A DNA stretch of 64,000 bases from Candidatus Woesebacteria bacterium RBG_13_46_13 (GTDB lineage Bacteria; Patescibacteriota; Microgenomatia; UBA8517), in assembly GCA_001791995.1 (NCBI GenBank), contig MGFR01000001.1, positions 78,880 to 142,879 of the forward strand. Reading direction: 5' to 3'. How positions within the stretch are numbered: the stretch's first letter is position 1; each line of letters begins with the position of its first letter. Both the position numbers and the translations under genes were made by a program. The notes beneath the pieces are model-generated. The model had not been told where the DNA came from and searched no databases. It saw nothing but the letters and a program-made list of their open reading frames with translations. Below, piece after piece: positions 36,709 to 46,086 of the stretch.

Positions 36709-38916
36709 ATGAGGTTAAAATTTCTGCTGCATAAACTTCTGACGATACCGCTCCCGTCTGCGTTTGTCCTGACTATAGCTCTGGTTATCCATTCTTTGCT
36801 CTCTACCCCCCTTGCCGACGCCCAGGTGCCTTCTCCTTACGTGTCCTGTGAAGATACAGATAGTCCGGAGTTTCATTCTTTGCGGCCATATCAAAAAAGC
36901 CCCTGTAACCAAGAGGTTACGGAGACTGCAACTTTCTGCGGCAACCGGCTGGTTCTCTCCGATAAAGTTACCGCTATCCAAACCACCCCACCCAGGCTTG
37001 CCAATAACTGTACAGCCATAGGCGGAGGCAGATACCGCTGTACTTATACAGTTTCCGGTAAAACCGCCAACTACGAAATAGACCTGGCCAACGCCCACTT
37101 CCCCATTCTCGGCAACACCGAAGACGTGGCCAACAGCCAGCAATCAACGGACATGAACGACGCAGACAAAATGAACGAGTATGTCAGCTGGTATTTAAAC
37201 GGGGCAACCGGGAGGGCCGAATCCTCCCCGCTTTCCCAAGATGAGGAAGATATCAGAAAACTGGTTGACTTTTCCGGACCCATCAAAAAACTTCTACCCT
37301 TCGACATCCAGAACAATCTACGGGCCAATACCGTCAAAAAGGCCGTTGCAACCAAGGAGGGAGATGGAGATCTACGCCACGACCAGGTTGTCGGCTGTAC
37401 CTATGGGGTCAGAATTTTAGGTAAGGTGATTGGAGGAATTCCAGGCGCTTGTTATGAGACCGGATTAAGAGGCGTGCTTCCCCATATTGAGCACCGGCTC
37501 TCGGAATGGAACAGCCATCTTCCTCCCAAGTCTTCCGACTTTGACAATTTTCAGGACTACTGGAAAAAATATCGGGAGTGGCAAGGAAAGATTTGTTTTG
37601 AGATAGAAATTCCTTTTATGGACAACAAAAAAGTTCTGCTTTGCGGAGAAAATCCTCTTGCTCCCAACTATTACTCTAATCTTTTCGCCAATATTCCTTT
37701 TTCTTCTACAGAGGACCGGGTCGGCGAGGTGGCGGTCAATTCACAATCGGTGGCTCCCGCCTCCGAAGGACTTGAAATAAGTAACGTCTCTCTGGTCACC
37801 ACCCCGGCTGAGCTTTATTTTTCCCACACCGAAGAAGTGGCGGAGTTGGCCAGTATTCTCCAGCTGACTTTTGCCCCGGCAGGGGCATCCACTACCGGGG
37901 GGGCGACCGGGGTCTCCCCGGGTGAGGCTTGTGACCTTAAAGAGATCAGGACAAACCCTGGAGATAATCTTTTTGCAGAATCGATTACCGGAGATTTAAA
38001 ATATGACGCTTCTTTTAGCTGTGACTTCGACGGGAATGCCAGCTCAAGCGCCTGCGCGAAAGATGTCTCCATTGGGTTAGGGGTTATCACCGAAACTCCC
38101 AAGGCAGATGAGCTTTGGTCCCGGCTTGTAGCTGGACCCGCAGGAATCTTTAAAAGAATTTTCCCGAAGGTGGGAGAGGGAGGAGCCATCTTGGGAATCT
38201 TGGATATGCCCGGAGCAACCGGGGTTACCTATTCCGGAAGCGGTCTGGTCTCGGCCGGAAATCCCCAAGGCCGAGCTGGCGAAAGTGCTGAGCTTTACTT
38301 CCCCCATGTCGGAGGTATCTCCGAATATTTCCTTAAAGGAATCCAGACAATACTTCGACCCAAGGGGTTTGGTGAACAGATTCTTTCCGGGGCGGAGGGA
38401 ACCTTCGGTTCTAGCGGGGAGATTGATTGTAACGAGGATGCCCCCAACGTTTCCCTGCGGGGAACCCTAAACCGCCAGGCCACTTTCCAGCTGGCCCTAA
38501 ACTGGGTTTCGGGACAGTCCGGCAATCACGTAATGGAGTGTTATAACGATGTGGTTAAAAGGTCCAAGTCAGAAGGCTTTAACTCCGCCCTGGCTCTTTT
38601 GATCTGGCTTAATGAGAGCAATGCCAGCAACTACAACCTGTCGGTTGAGGATTTCGGAATTCACAGTTCCTCGGTCAGGGGCTTTAGCGCCCAAATAGAC
38701 CAACTTCTCCAACTCCCCAGTTACTACAGAGGTACGTTTCCGCAGTGTTATGGGCGCGGAATGAGCGATATTGAAGCCTTCTTAAGAATCTTTAAAAGCG
38801 GCAACTGCACCAGTAGTGATGGTGCTAATTATTACAGCAACTTAAGGTCGCGCTGGAGTTGGGTGTCTCCAGGGTGTTCTTTTCCGCGCAGCCCGACGGA
38901 TACGACCTGCCCTTAA
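36709..38916 (+). CDS. Large secreted Cys-rich protein with possible C-terminal lysozyme-like domain
   Basis: Signal peptide, many paired Cys, C-terminal ALALLIWLNESNASNY...DFGI. Confidence 0.65.
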   Translation: MRLKFLLHKLLTIPLPSAFVLTIALVIHSLLSTPLADAQVPSPYVSCEDTDSPEFHSLRPYQKSPCNQEVTETATFCGNRLVLSDKVTAIQTTPPRLANNCTAIGGGRYRCTYTVSGKTANYEIDLANAHFPILGNTEDVANSQQSTDMNDADKMNEYVSWYLNGATGRAESSPLSQDEEDIRKLVDFSGPIKKLLPFDIQNNLRANTVKKAVATKEGDGDLRHDQVVGCTYGVRILGKVIGGIPGACYETGLRGVLPHIEHRLSEWNSHLPPKSSDFDNFQDYWKKYREWQGKICFEIEIPFMDNKKVLLCGENPLAPNYYSNLFANIPFSSTEDRVGEVAVNSQSVAPASEGLEISNVSLVTTPAELYFSHTEEVAELASILQLTFAPAGASTTGGATGVSPGEACDLKEIRTNPGDNLFAESITGDLKYDASFSCDFDGNASSSACAKDVSIGLGVITETPKADELWSRLVAGPAGIFKRIFPKVGEGGAILGILDMPGATGVTYSGSGLVSAGNPQGRAGESAELYFPHVGGISEYFLKGIQTILRPKGFGEQILSGAEGTFGSSGEIDCNEDAPNVSLRGTLNRQATFQLALNWVSGQSGNHVMECYNDVVKRSKSEGFNSALALLIWLNESNASNYNLSVEDFGIHSSSVRGFSAQIDQLLQLPSYYRGTFPQCYGRGMSDIEAFLRIFKSGNCTSSDGANYYSNLRSRWSWVSPGCSFPRSPTDTTCP

Positions 38917-38961
38917 TTAGCGTTGTCGGGGCTAACCCCCTGTTGTATGATTAAAAGAAAC

Positions 38962-40482
38962 ATGCTTAAGAAAATACTGCTGTCCTTTCTGGCGTTGTTG
39001 GTCTTATCTTTGTCTTTCGCCCCAACTGCCCACGCCCAACTTAGCGAGGGAAAATGGTACAACCAATCGTTTGGTGAATGGATGGCCAAGGTAAATGATT
39101 CCCCGGAAAACGAAATTTTTGGCGAAAGGTATTCAGCCGCACAGGTCCAATGGGTCATTTATGGACTTTTCTATTTTGTTATCAACTCGGCGACCAACGG
39201 AAACGCATCTGCGCTGTCTTGCTTGATGACTTCAACCGACCTAGACGCCTGTCGGGACGCTATTGAGAATTTGAGAAATTCTTTTCCCGGCACAAGCTCG
39301 GAAACCGGTGGGGATATATCTGGCAATCAACTATTAAAGACAATCTCTGCAAGCCCGATCTCTTTGTCTGCATATCTGAAAGATGTTGGGGGAAGACTTC
39401 ATCTCATCCCAAAGGTTGAGGCGCAAGGTTTCGGCTTCGGAGCGGCCAACCCCGCCCTCACTTTATGGAAAATTTCAAGGAATCTCGCTTACGCTTTCTT
39501 GATTATTGTAATTACGGTTATGGCTTTTATGATAATGTTTCGGGTAAAAATTTCACCCCAAACCGTAATTAGCGTTCAATCCGCTCTTCCCAAAATTGTT
39601 GCGGCCTTGATACTCATCACTTTTTCGTATGCAATTGCGGGGCTTCTGGTTGATCTTATGTATGTGGCCATAGGGCTACTTTCTGCCTTTTTGGTTAATG
39701 GCAGTTCGCCAAGTATTAGTAGTTTTACGTGGAGCCAGATGTTTAATTCTTTAACTGTGGGCAGAAATGTTTTTGACCTATTTATGGCATACTGGTTCCA
39801 GTTTTTTGCTGCAGCCTTTATAAATATCTTTAGCGCGGCGGGGCTTGTCTCCTTTTTTGTTCTTATTTTTACAATCCTGGCTTTTTTCCTACTCCTTTGG
39901 TATTCAGCAAAGGTGATTATTCTACTTCTTAAAACTTATATTCAGATTATGCTACTTATTATTGTCGGGCCGATTCTCATACTTTTAGGGACAATTTCCC
40001 AGGGTGTAGGTTTCGGCTCATGGTTAAGAAGTATGGCCGCCAATTTAGCGGTTTATCCGCTTGTGGGGTTAATGTTTACCCTCGCGCTTCTTTTTGTCCG
40101 AGCAGGACTTCCAGATTGGTGGCCGGTATGGTTGACGCCCCTTGATATAAACACTGGCTTTTTTCAAGGGCCACCGTGGGACCCCCCTCTGACGTTTGGT
40201 ACTGGGGGTGCGTCAAGCAGTCATCTCCTGTGGGTATTGGTTAGCTATGGGATTATTGTTCTTATACCGAAGGTCTCCGATATCGTCCAAGGCTTCATTT
40301 CAGGCAAGCCATTCCCGCTAGGCACGGCGATCGGAGAATCGTTGGGTGGCCCAGTCAAGCCGGTTGCCGGTTATGGGGCTGGGTACTTCGCTGAAAAAGC
40401 CACGGTTTCTACGTCAGGCAAGGGAGGCGTATATAAAGCTATTTCAACCACGCTTGAAAGATTAGCCAGGGGCGGAAGATAA
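38962..40482 (+). CDS. VirB6/TrbL-like polytopic T4SS membrane protein
   Basis: Signal peptide, LWKISRNLAY...ALPKIVAALILITFSYAIAGLLVD, multiple TMs, GSWLRS; locus context. Confidence 0.7.
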   Translation: MLKKILLSFLALLVLSLSFAPTAHAQLSEGKWYNQSFGEWMAKVNDSPENEIFGERYSAAQVQWVIYGLFYFVINSATNGNASALSCLMTSTDLDACRDAIENLRNSFPGTSSETGGDISGNQLLKTISASPISLSAYLKDVGGRLHLIPKVEAQGFGFGAANPALTLWKISRNLAYAFLIIVITVMAFMIMFRVKISPQTVISVQSALPKIVAALILITFSYAIAGLLVDLMYVAIGLLSAFLVNGSSPSISSFTWSQMFNSLTVGRNVFDLFMAYWFQFFAAAFINIFSAAGLVSFFVLIFTILAFFLLLWYSAKVIILLLKTYIQIMLLIIVGPILILLGTISQGVGFGSWLRSMAANLAVYPLVGLMFTLALLFVRAGLPDWWPVWLTPLDINTGFFQGPPWDPPLTFGTGGASSSHLLWVLVSYGIIVLIPKVSDIVQGFISGKPFPLGTAIGESLGGPVKPVAGYGAGYFAEKATVSTSGKGGVYKAISTTLERLARGGR

Positions 40483-40485
40483 AAT

Positions 40486-40653
40486 ATGCAAGAAAAGGAA
40501 TCGCCGATTAGGGCGGCAAGAAATATAACAGGGGGGGTATCAAGCTATTTTAAAGAAAGAGCCAAAACCGCGGGAACAGAAGCCAATCCAAAAAAGACAT
40601 TTGTTTACAAAACCCTAGGCTGGTTGTTGGGTGGAAGCTCGAAGAAGGATTAG
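40486..40653 (+). CDS. Small basic hypothetical protein (55 aa, not in ORF track)
   Basis: ATG 3 nt after upstream stop: MQEKESPIRAARNITGGVSSYFKERAKTAGTEANPKKTFVYKTLGWLLGGSSKKD. Confidence 0.45.
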   Translation: MQEKESPIRAARNITGGVSSYFKERAKTAGTEANPKKTFVYKTLGWLLGGSSKKD

Positions 40654-42452
40654 TCTTGCCAATAGCCGGAGTCTTTCGCTACCTCATTTAAAGAATCCCA
40701 CTTCGCCTTGCCCAAGTTGCTGTGCCAAGCCTTGATTGAGTCGAGAATTATTTGTTTCCACTTCCTTCTTTCCGCATCAACCGCTTCCTTAATTTCTCTC
40801 TTGTAGGCTTCTGCTCTGGCTTCGTCGTCCGTATATCTGCGCCTCTTGCCGTCTTCGCCGGTTGCCTGCTCGGTTGACATTATTTCTTTTGCCCTTTTTT
40901 CAAGAGCGCCCGCCCTGGCCTTTCTCCAACGCTCCGGCTGGCCACTTGTTATTAACGAATCACCCACAACGATATGGATCCACCTTCTTACTTCCTTCCA
41001 ATAAAAAGGCTCGAGAAGCCCTTCGACTTTTCTTCCTCTCCAATCATCTCCCCGCATAACTAAAGCTATTCCGGCAGGGCCCGTTTCTCCCGCCTTTCTT
41101 AAAAGCAGAAATGCTCTTAAAAGGTATCCCCTCATTGCCAGCTCGGGAAGTCTGTCCCAAGAAATATCCCCAATATTTTTCCCATCGACCCAAAGTTCTT
41201 CCCACAGGCTTTTTGCAAGAAGCTTGTTGTCCGGAGTGTTGATCGCTGGTATCGTGTTAAACCTTAAGAAGGGGACATGCATACGAACAGGCAGCCCTGC
41301 TAAAATCTTGCCGAACTCCCGATTGCTCTTGGACCGCGGTCCAGCAAAATAGCCGCTTTTTGCCCTGTCTAGGGCCCACACCTGAGGATTGAATATTTCT
41401 GCAAAAGCATCTGACACGGGATAGCCTTCCAGCGTAAACTCGTAGCTCCCTTTTTTCTCTTCAACTTCAGAGCCGTAGTATGCCGCCTGTCCCAGGATGA
41501 AAGATGATATATAGCCTAATTTTTCCGCGATCTCGGCCTGTTTTGCAGCAACCAAATCTTTCGGGTCTTCAGACCTCGAAATAAGCCCTTGGATGGCTTT
41601 CTTTATAATGTCTCTCCTTTCAGGCCTGAGTTTCGAGGCAAATCTATTGATAAAAACCCTCCTTTGGGAAAGAGCGTCCTTTTGTTCTGGTATCAATTCA
41701 TCAAATGTCTTCCCCTCAAGCCCAAGGTCTTTCGCCCAGAGTGCAAGGGTTAAATCGTTAATCCATTGTTCTGCCTTTTCCTTTGATCCAAATAGGGCCA
41801 GAAAACCAGCGGTTCCCTCGATATAATATACCTCATCCTTTAATCGAGGGTCCGCCTTTAGCGCGATGTATTCATAGGCCTTTATTGCATCCCCTATCTG
41901 AGTACCCAACTGTGGCCAATCCTTCTCTGTCTTAAATCCGGGCAATGAAAATATCGTGCGCATCATGTCTGGGGTCACTTCCACGGTAAGCGGACTGATT
42001 GCCGTATTCGCAAGGTATTCTCCGCTACCACGAGAGCGCATATAGTTACCACCGAATTCCATATAAAATTTAAGAATGGCCTTCGTTTCTCTTTCGGCCT
42101 CTCTATAAGCTTCAAGCATGGCGGTATCCGCAGATTTTAGTGGTCTTTGTTCAAAGGCGGCAATGGAGGGCTCCGACTGTTCTTCGAGTTCTGTTACCTT
42201 GGAATGGATTCTGTCTTTTAAAATCCTGGCAGTCCAATCGTCTCCCTCGTCTAAAACATTTTCAAGGAGTCTCCACATCCGCCAGCGCACAACTTCGGGC
42301 CTTTCGGCAGAGGTCAGTTTTTCAACCAGCCCTGGCGACCATTCTCCTTTAGGAACCGTTGGCCCCCCACCCGTCCCGCCTTCCGGACCAGGAGCTGAAG
42401 GCCCACCTCCGGCCCCTTCGGCGGCAGAATAGACTTTTGGTCCTGTTTCCAT
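40650..42452 (-). CDS. Hypothetical 600-aa charged helical protein
   Basis: Long ORF; TGcTAAAAT 6 nt upstream of ATG; Gly/Pro-rich N-terminus, no TM. Confidence 0.75.
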   Translation of the reverse strand: METGPKVYSAAEGAGGGPSAPGPEGGTGGGPTVPKGEWSPGLVEKLTSAERPEVVRWRMWRLLENVLDEGDDWTARILKDRIHSKVTELEEQSEPSIAAFEQRPLKSADTAMLEAYREAERETKAILKFYMEFGGNYMRSRGSGEYLANTAISPLTVEVTPDMMRTIFSLPGFKTEKDWPQLGTQIGDAIKAYEYIALKADPRLKDEVYYIEGTAGFLALFGSKEKAEQWINDLTLALWAKDLGLEGKTFDELIPEQKDALSQRRVFINRFASKLRPERRDIIKKAIQGLISRSEDPKDLVAAKQAEIAEKLGYISSFILGQAAYYGSEVEEKKGSYEFTLEGYPVSDAFAEIFNPQVWALDRAKSGYFAGPRSKSNREFGKILAGLPVRMHVPFLRFNTIPAINTPDNKLLAKSLWEELWVDGKNIGDISWDRLPELAMRGYLLRAFLLLRKAGETGPAGIALVMRGDDWRGRKVEGLLEPFYWKEVRRWIHIVVGDSLITSGQPERWRKARAGALEKRAKEIMSTEQATGEDGKRRRYTDDEARAEAYKREIKEAVDAERRKWKQIILDSIKAWHSNLGKAKWDSLNEVAKDSGYWQD

Positions 42453-42572
42453 ATTGATATTTTAGCACCTGCTCCTTTCTTCTTACAATCAGCTGTGAAA
42501 AAGGCTACTTCTTGCATAGAAGTGTTCACGCTGTAACCTAGATTTAGAGTATCAAAATAGCTCTCTGTTTTT

Positions 42573-43622
42573 ATGGAACAACAACACGCTATCCCGCAAC
42601 AGATCTCCTCATACCAATTCCGTTTGGTGGGAGACATGACCCTCAAACAATTTTTTCAACTGGCCGGCGGTGCTTTGGTCAGCCTTCTTTTTTACGCATC
42701 CCCATTGCCTGCTCTTATTAAGTGGCCCTTTATCATTTTCTTTGCTCTTCTGGGTGTTGCTTTGGCCTTTCTCCCTTTTGAGGAGAGGCCCCTGGAAAAG
42801 TGGATTGTGGCCTTCTTTCGCTCGGTCTATTCGCCCACTCTCTTTTACTGGCGGAAAGCCCAGGTGCCCGCTGTCTTCTTTCAGGAAGAGGCCGCACCAA
42901 CCGGCCTGGCCCCAGCTCCGCAAAAACCCGCAGGCGGATTTATCTCCATCACCGCCCCCGCAGGAACCGTCTTTTCCAAGCTGGAAGAAGCTGAAAAATC
43001 GTTTTTATCCTCCATCGGCCAGCTTTTTGGCGCAACGGCTCCCTCCGGACCCATCGCAAGCCAAGTTTCCGCACCTCTCCCGGGTGATACAGCCAAAAAA
43101 GAGGACATACAGGTACCCTACAACGCCCCTGTGCAATATCAAGCCGGTCTTGCTCCCAAAGTGGTTGTTGAGGAAAAGCCTGCCCCTGAAGCCGCTCCGA
43201 CAGAGCTTAAAACGACCTCCGTTGCCCCGGCCGTAATGACACAGCGTGTTTACGGCCAAAGGGCCCAGTACTCCATCGAGGCAGCTCCTCCTAATCCCCC
43301 AACCGTTCCCAATACCATCGTGGGGCAAATATTCGACACCCAAGGGAAAATAATCAACGGAGCCATACTTGAAATAAGGGATGCTGCGGGAAGGCCAGTT
43401 AGAGCCTTAAAAAGCAACATGCTGGGCCACTTTTTAATTGTTACTCCTCTGCAAAACGGCAATTACGACATTATCATCGAAAAGGAAGGTCTTAACTTTG
43501 AACCCATCACCTTCGAAGCAAAAGGGGAAATTGTCCCCCCCATGGCCATTAGGGCCAAGGGTGCCCAAAAAATCCTGGCAACCGAAGAGGTCATCTCTAG
43601 CAATCAGATTGCCCAAACATGA
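42573..43622 (+). CDS. PrgI-family protein fused to a carboxypeptidase-regulatory-like beta domain
   Basis: HAIPQQISSYQFRLVGDMTLKQF, two TMs, ERPLEKW, Pro/Ala linker, GQIFD..GKII.GAILEI. Confidence 0.8.
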   Translation: MEQQHAIPQQISSYQFRLVGDMTLKQFFQLAGGALVSLLFYASPLPALIKWPFIIFFALLGVALAFLPFEERPLEKWIVAFFRSVYSPTLFYWRKAQVPAVFFQEEAAPTGLAPAPQKPAGGFISITAPAGTVFSKLEEAEKSFLSSIGQLFGATAPSGPIASQVSAPLPGDTAKKEDIQVPYNAPVQYQAGLAPKVVVEEKPAPEAAPTELKTTSVAPAVMTQRVYGQRAQYSIEAAPPNPPTVPNTIVGQIFDTQGKIINGAILEIRDAAGRPVRALKSNMLGHFLIVTPLQNGNYDIIIEKEGLNFEPITFEAKGEIVPPMAIRAKGAQKILATEEVISSNQIAQT

Positions 43623-44290
43623 AGATACCCTACATATCAGTTCCCGATACCGCCCTGGTCTCTACCACCCAGGCCCACTTACCCGTCGCCGATATCGTCG
43701 ACGATCTGGTTTTGTATAAAGACGGCGGAGCAGCTCTGGTCATGGAGTCGACCTCTTTGAATTTCGGCCTGCTTTCCGAAAAAGAGCAACAGGCGGTGAT
43801 TGCTGCCTATGCTGCCCTGATAAACTCCCTTTCTTTTTCCTTGCAAATCGTCATCAGGACCCAGAGAAAAGATATCTCAAGCTATATGAATTATCTTGAG
43901 GCCATCTCACAAAAAATTACCAATACAAAACTTGCCTTTCTCATGCAAAGCTACAAAAAATTTATTCTGGATTCGATTAAAAAGAAGAACGTGCTGGGCA
44001 AGAAGTTCTATTTAATTATCCCTTTTAGCCCCCTGGAGCTGGGTGTTACCAAATCGCTTTTAACCACGGCCAAAAGAAAAGGGCCTCTGCCTTTTCCAGA
44101 ATCATATGTCTTAAAAAAGGCTAAGGTTGTACTCTATCCCAGGCGGGACCACCTGGTGAGACAGGCCGGAAGGCTGGGGCTTAAACTCAAGCAGCTGACC
44201 AATCTGGGCCTAATGGACCTTTTTTATGACGTTTATAATACCGAAGCGCCCGCAATCAAGAAGGAGGAGGTCTCAAGCGCCATAAAATGA
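43619..44290 (+). CDS. T4SS accessory protein (VirB4 N-terminal-like)
   Basis: TQAHLPVADI.DDLVL.KDG, NFGLLSEKEQ.A.I..Y..LINSL.F.LQI; directly upstream of VirB4. Confidence 0.7.
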   Translation: MKIPYISVPDTALVSTTQAHLPVADIVDDLVLYKDGGAALVMESTSLNFGLLSEKEQQAVIAAYAALINSLSFSLQIVIRTQRKDISSYMNYLEAISQKITNTKLAFLMQSYKKFILDSIKKKNVLGKKFYLIIPFSPLELGVTKSLLTTAKRKGPLPFPESYVLKKAKVVLYPRRDHLVRQAGRLGLKLKQLTNLGLMDLFYDVYNTEAPAIKKEEVSSAIK

Positions 44291-46086
44291 ACCCGCCAAC
44301 ATCCACCCCAACCACAGTTCCCACCGCTCCCGCCCAAGGAGCAAAACCCAACCTTCCCAAGACCGCCTTCTTTGCTCCCGGTCAAGGGTTTGGAATTCAG
44401 GACATTATCGCCCCCCAATCCCTTGAGACCGAATTTGATTACGTAAAAATCAACAACGTTTATTTCAGGACCCTGTTTGTAGCAGGATATCCCCGTTTTG
44501 TCTCCCCAGGCTGGCTCGAGCCGATAATTAACTTTGACAGCTCTCTGGATATTTCCTTCTATCTTTATCCGGTCGAGGGCAAAACGGTTCTTGATGATTT
44601 AAGAAGGAAGATTGCCGAGATGGAGGCCGAAATCGCCACCGACCTTGAGAGAGGGAAGATTGTCGATCCTTCTACCCAGGCAAAGCTTGAGGACGCAAGG
44701 AACTTGCAGGAACAATTGGTAAAAGGGGCCGAGCGTTTTTTCCAATTTTCTTTTTATATCACCATCCCCGCCTTGACGCTCGAGGAATTAAACCAGTTAA
44801 CCCGACAGGTCGAGTCAACACTTGGCTCAATTCTGGTCGTTGCCAAACACGCAACCCTGGATATGGAAAACGGCTTTATTTCCAGCGCCCCTTTCGGAAT
44901 CGACCGGCTCTCAATCACCAGAAACATGGATACCACGTCTTTGGCAACCACCTTTCCCTTAACCTCCGCTGAGCTCTCCTCGGACACCGGAGTTCTTTAC
45001 GGAACCAACTCCGAAAATGAATCTTTCATTATCTTTGACCGCTTCTCTTTGGAAAACGCCAACATGACTATTTTTGCAACTTCTGGGGCTGGGAAAAGTT
45101 ATTTTGTGAAGCTTGAAGCGTTAAGGTCGTTAATGATCGGGACCGAGGTTATAGTTATCGACCCCGAATCCGAATACAAAGCCCTGGCCGACGCGGCCGG
45201 GGGTGAATTTATCTCATTCTCCTTTTCCTCTCCTTCGAAGATAAATCCTTTTGACCTGTCGCAAATTTATGAGGCGGGCGAAAACCAGCTGGGCTTAAAA
45301 ATTCTTTCCCTGCACTCGCTCTTCAAGGTGATTATGGGTTCAATCACCCCGTCCCAGGAGGCTCTCTTGGATAGAGCTTTGGTCTCAACTTATCGGGCAA
45401 AGGGAATAACCCAGGATCCGGCAACCCAAAAGAAAGAGCCGCCCTTGATGGAGGATTTATATAAAACCTTAATCGGCATGGAGACCGCCGAGGCCATGGA
45501 CTTGGCTGCAAGAATCGAAAAGTTCGTTCGCGGCTCGTTTGTCGGCATCTTTGATAAACAAACCAACGTCAACATCAAAAATCCGTTTACTGTATTCTCG
45601 GTAAAGGATCTACAGGATGCCCTACGTCCCATCGCCATGTTTATCATCCTCGACTTTATCTGGACCAAGGTGAAAAAGGACCTGAAAAAAAGGCTGTTGG
45701 TGGTAGATGAGGCCTGGCACATGATGCGGTATCCCGATTCCGCCCAGTTTCTTTGGTCGGTAGTCAAGCGTGCCAGAAAATACTATCTGGGCCTAACCAC
45801 CATCACCCAGGACGTCGAGGACTTTCTGGGCCAGGATATCGGCAAGGCGATATTGACCAACTCCTCCATGCAGCTGTTGCTCAAACAATCCCCTGCAGCC
45901 ATCGATAAAATCGCCGAGGTCTTTTATCTCTCCCAAGGAGAAAAACAGCTTCTCCTGGCTGCCAACGTTGGTGAAGGAATCTTCTTCGCCGGGCCCCACC
46001 ATGCCCCCATTCGAGTGGTCGCCTCGGAAGATGAGCATAAACTAATTACCACTAAGCCGTTGGAAAGAATGGTTCCGAATATTTAG
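44287..46086 (+). CDS. VirB4/TraC-like ATPase
   Basis: Walker A ATSGAGKS, VIDPESEY, INPFD, Walker B VVDEAW, RARKY, TQDVEDF. Confidence 0.92.
   Translation: MNPPTSTPTTVPTAPAQGAKPNLPKTAFFAPGQGFGIQDIIAPQSLETEFDYVKINNVYFRTLFVAGYPRFVSPGWLEPIINFDSSLDISFYLYPVEGKTVLDDLRRKIAEMEAEIATDLERGKIVDPSTQAKLEDARNLQEQLVKGAERFFQFSFYITIPALTLEELNQLTRQVESTLGSILVVAKHATLDMENGFISSAPFGIDRLSITRNMDTTSLATTFPLTSAELSSDTGVLYGTNSENESFIIFDRFSLENANMTIFATSGAGKSYFVKLEALRSLMIGTEVIVIDPESEYKALADAAGGEFISFSFSSPSKINPFDLSQIYEAGENQLGLKILSLHSLFKVIMGSITPSQEALLDRALVSTYRAKGITQDPATQKKEPPLMEDLYKTLIGMETAEAMDLAARIEKFVRGSFVGIFDKQTNVNIKNPFTVFSVKDLQDALRPIAMFIILDFIWTKVKKDLKKRLLVVDEAWHMMRYPDSAQFLWSVVKRARKYYLGLTTITQDVEDFLGQDIGKAILTNSSMQLLLKQSPAAIDKIAEVFYLSQGEKQLLLAANVGEGIFFAGPHHAPIRVVASEDEHKLITTKPLERMVPNI

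Noticed and set aside
42500-42530. Short inverted repeat ACTTCT-N5-AGAAGT between divergent genes
   Set aside because: Single 6-bp-arm palindrome, could be chance; no second copy noticed
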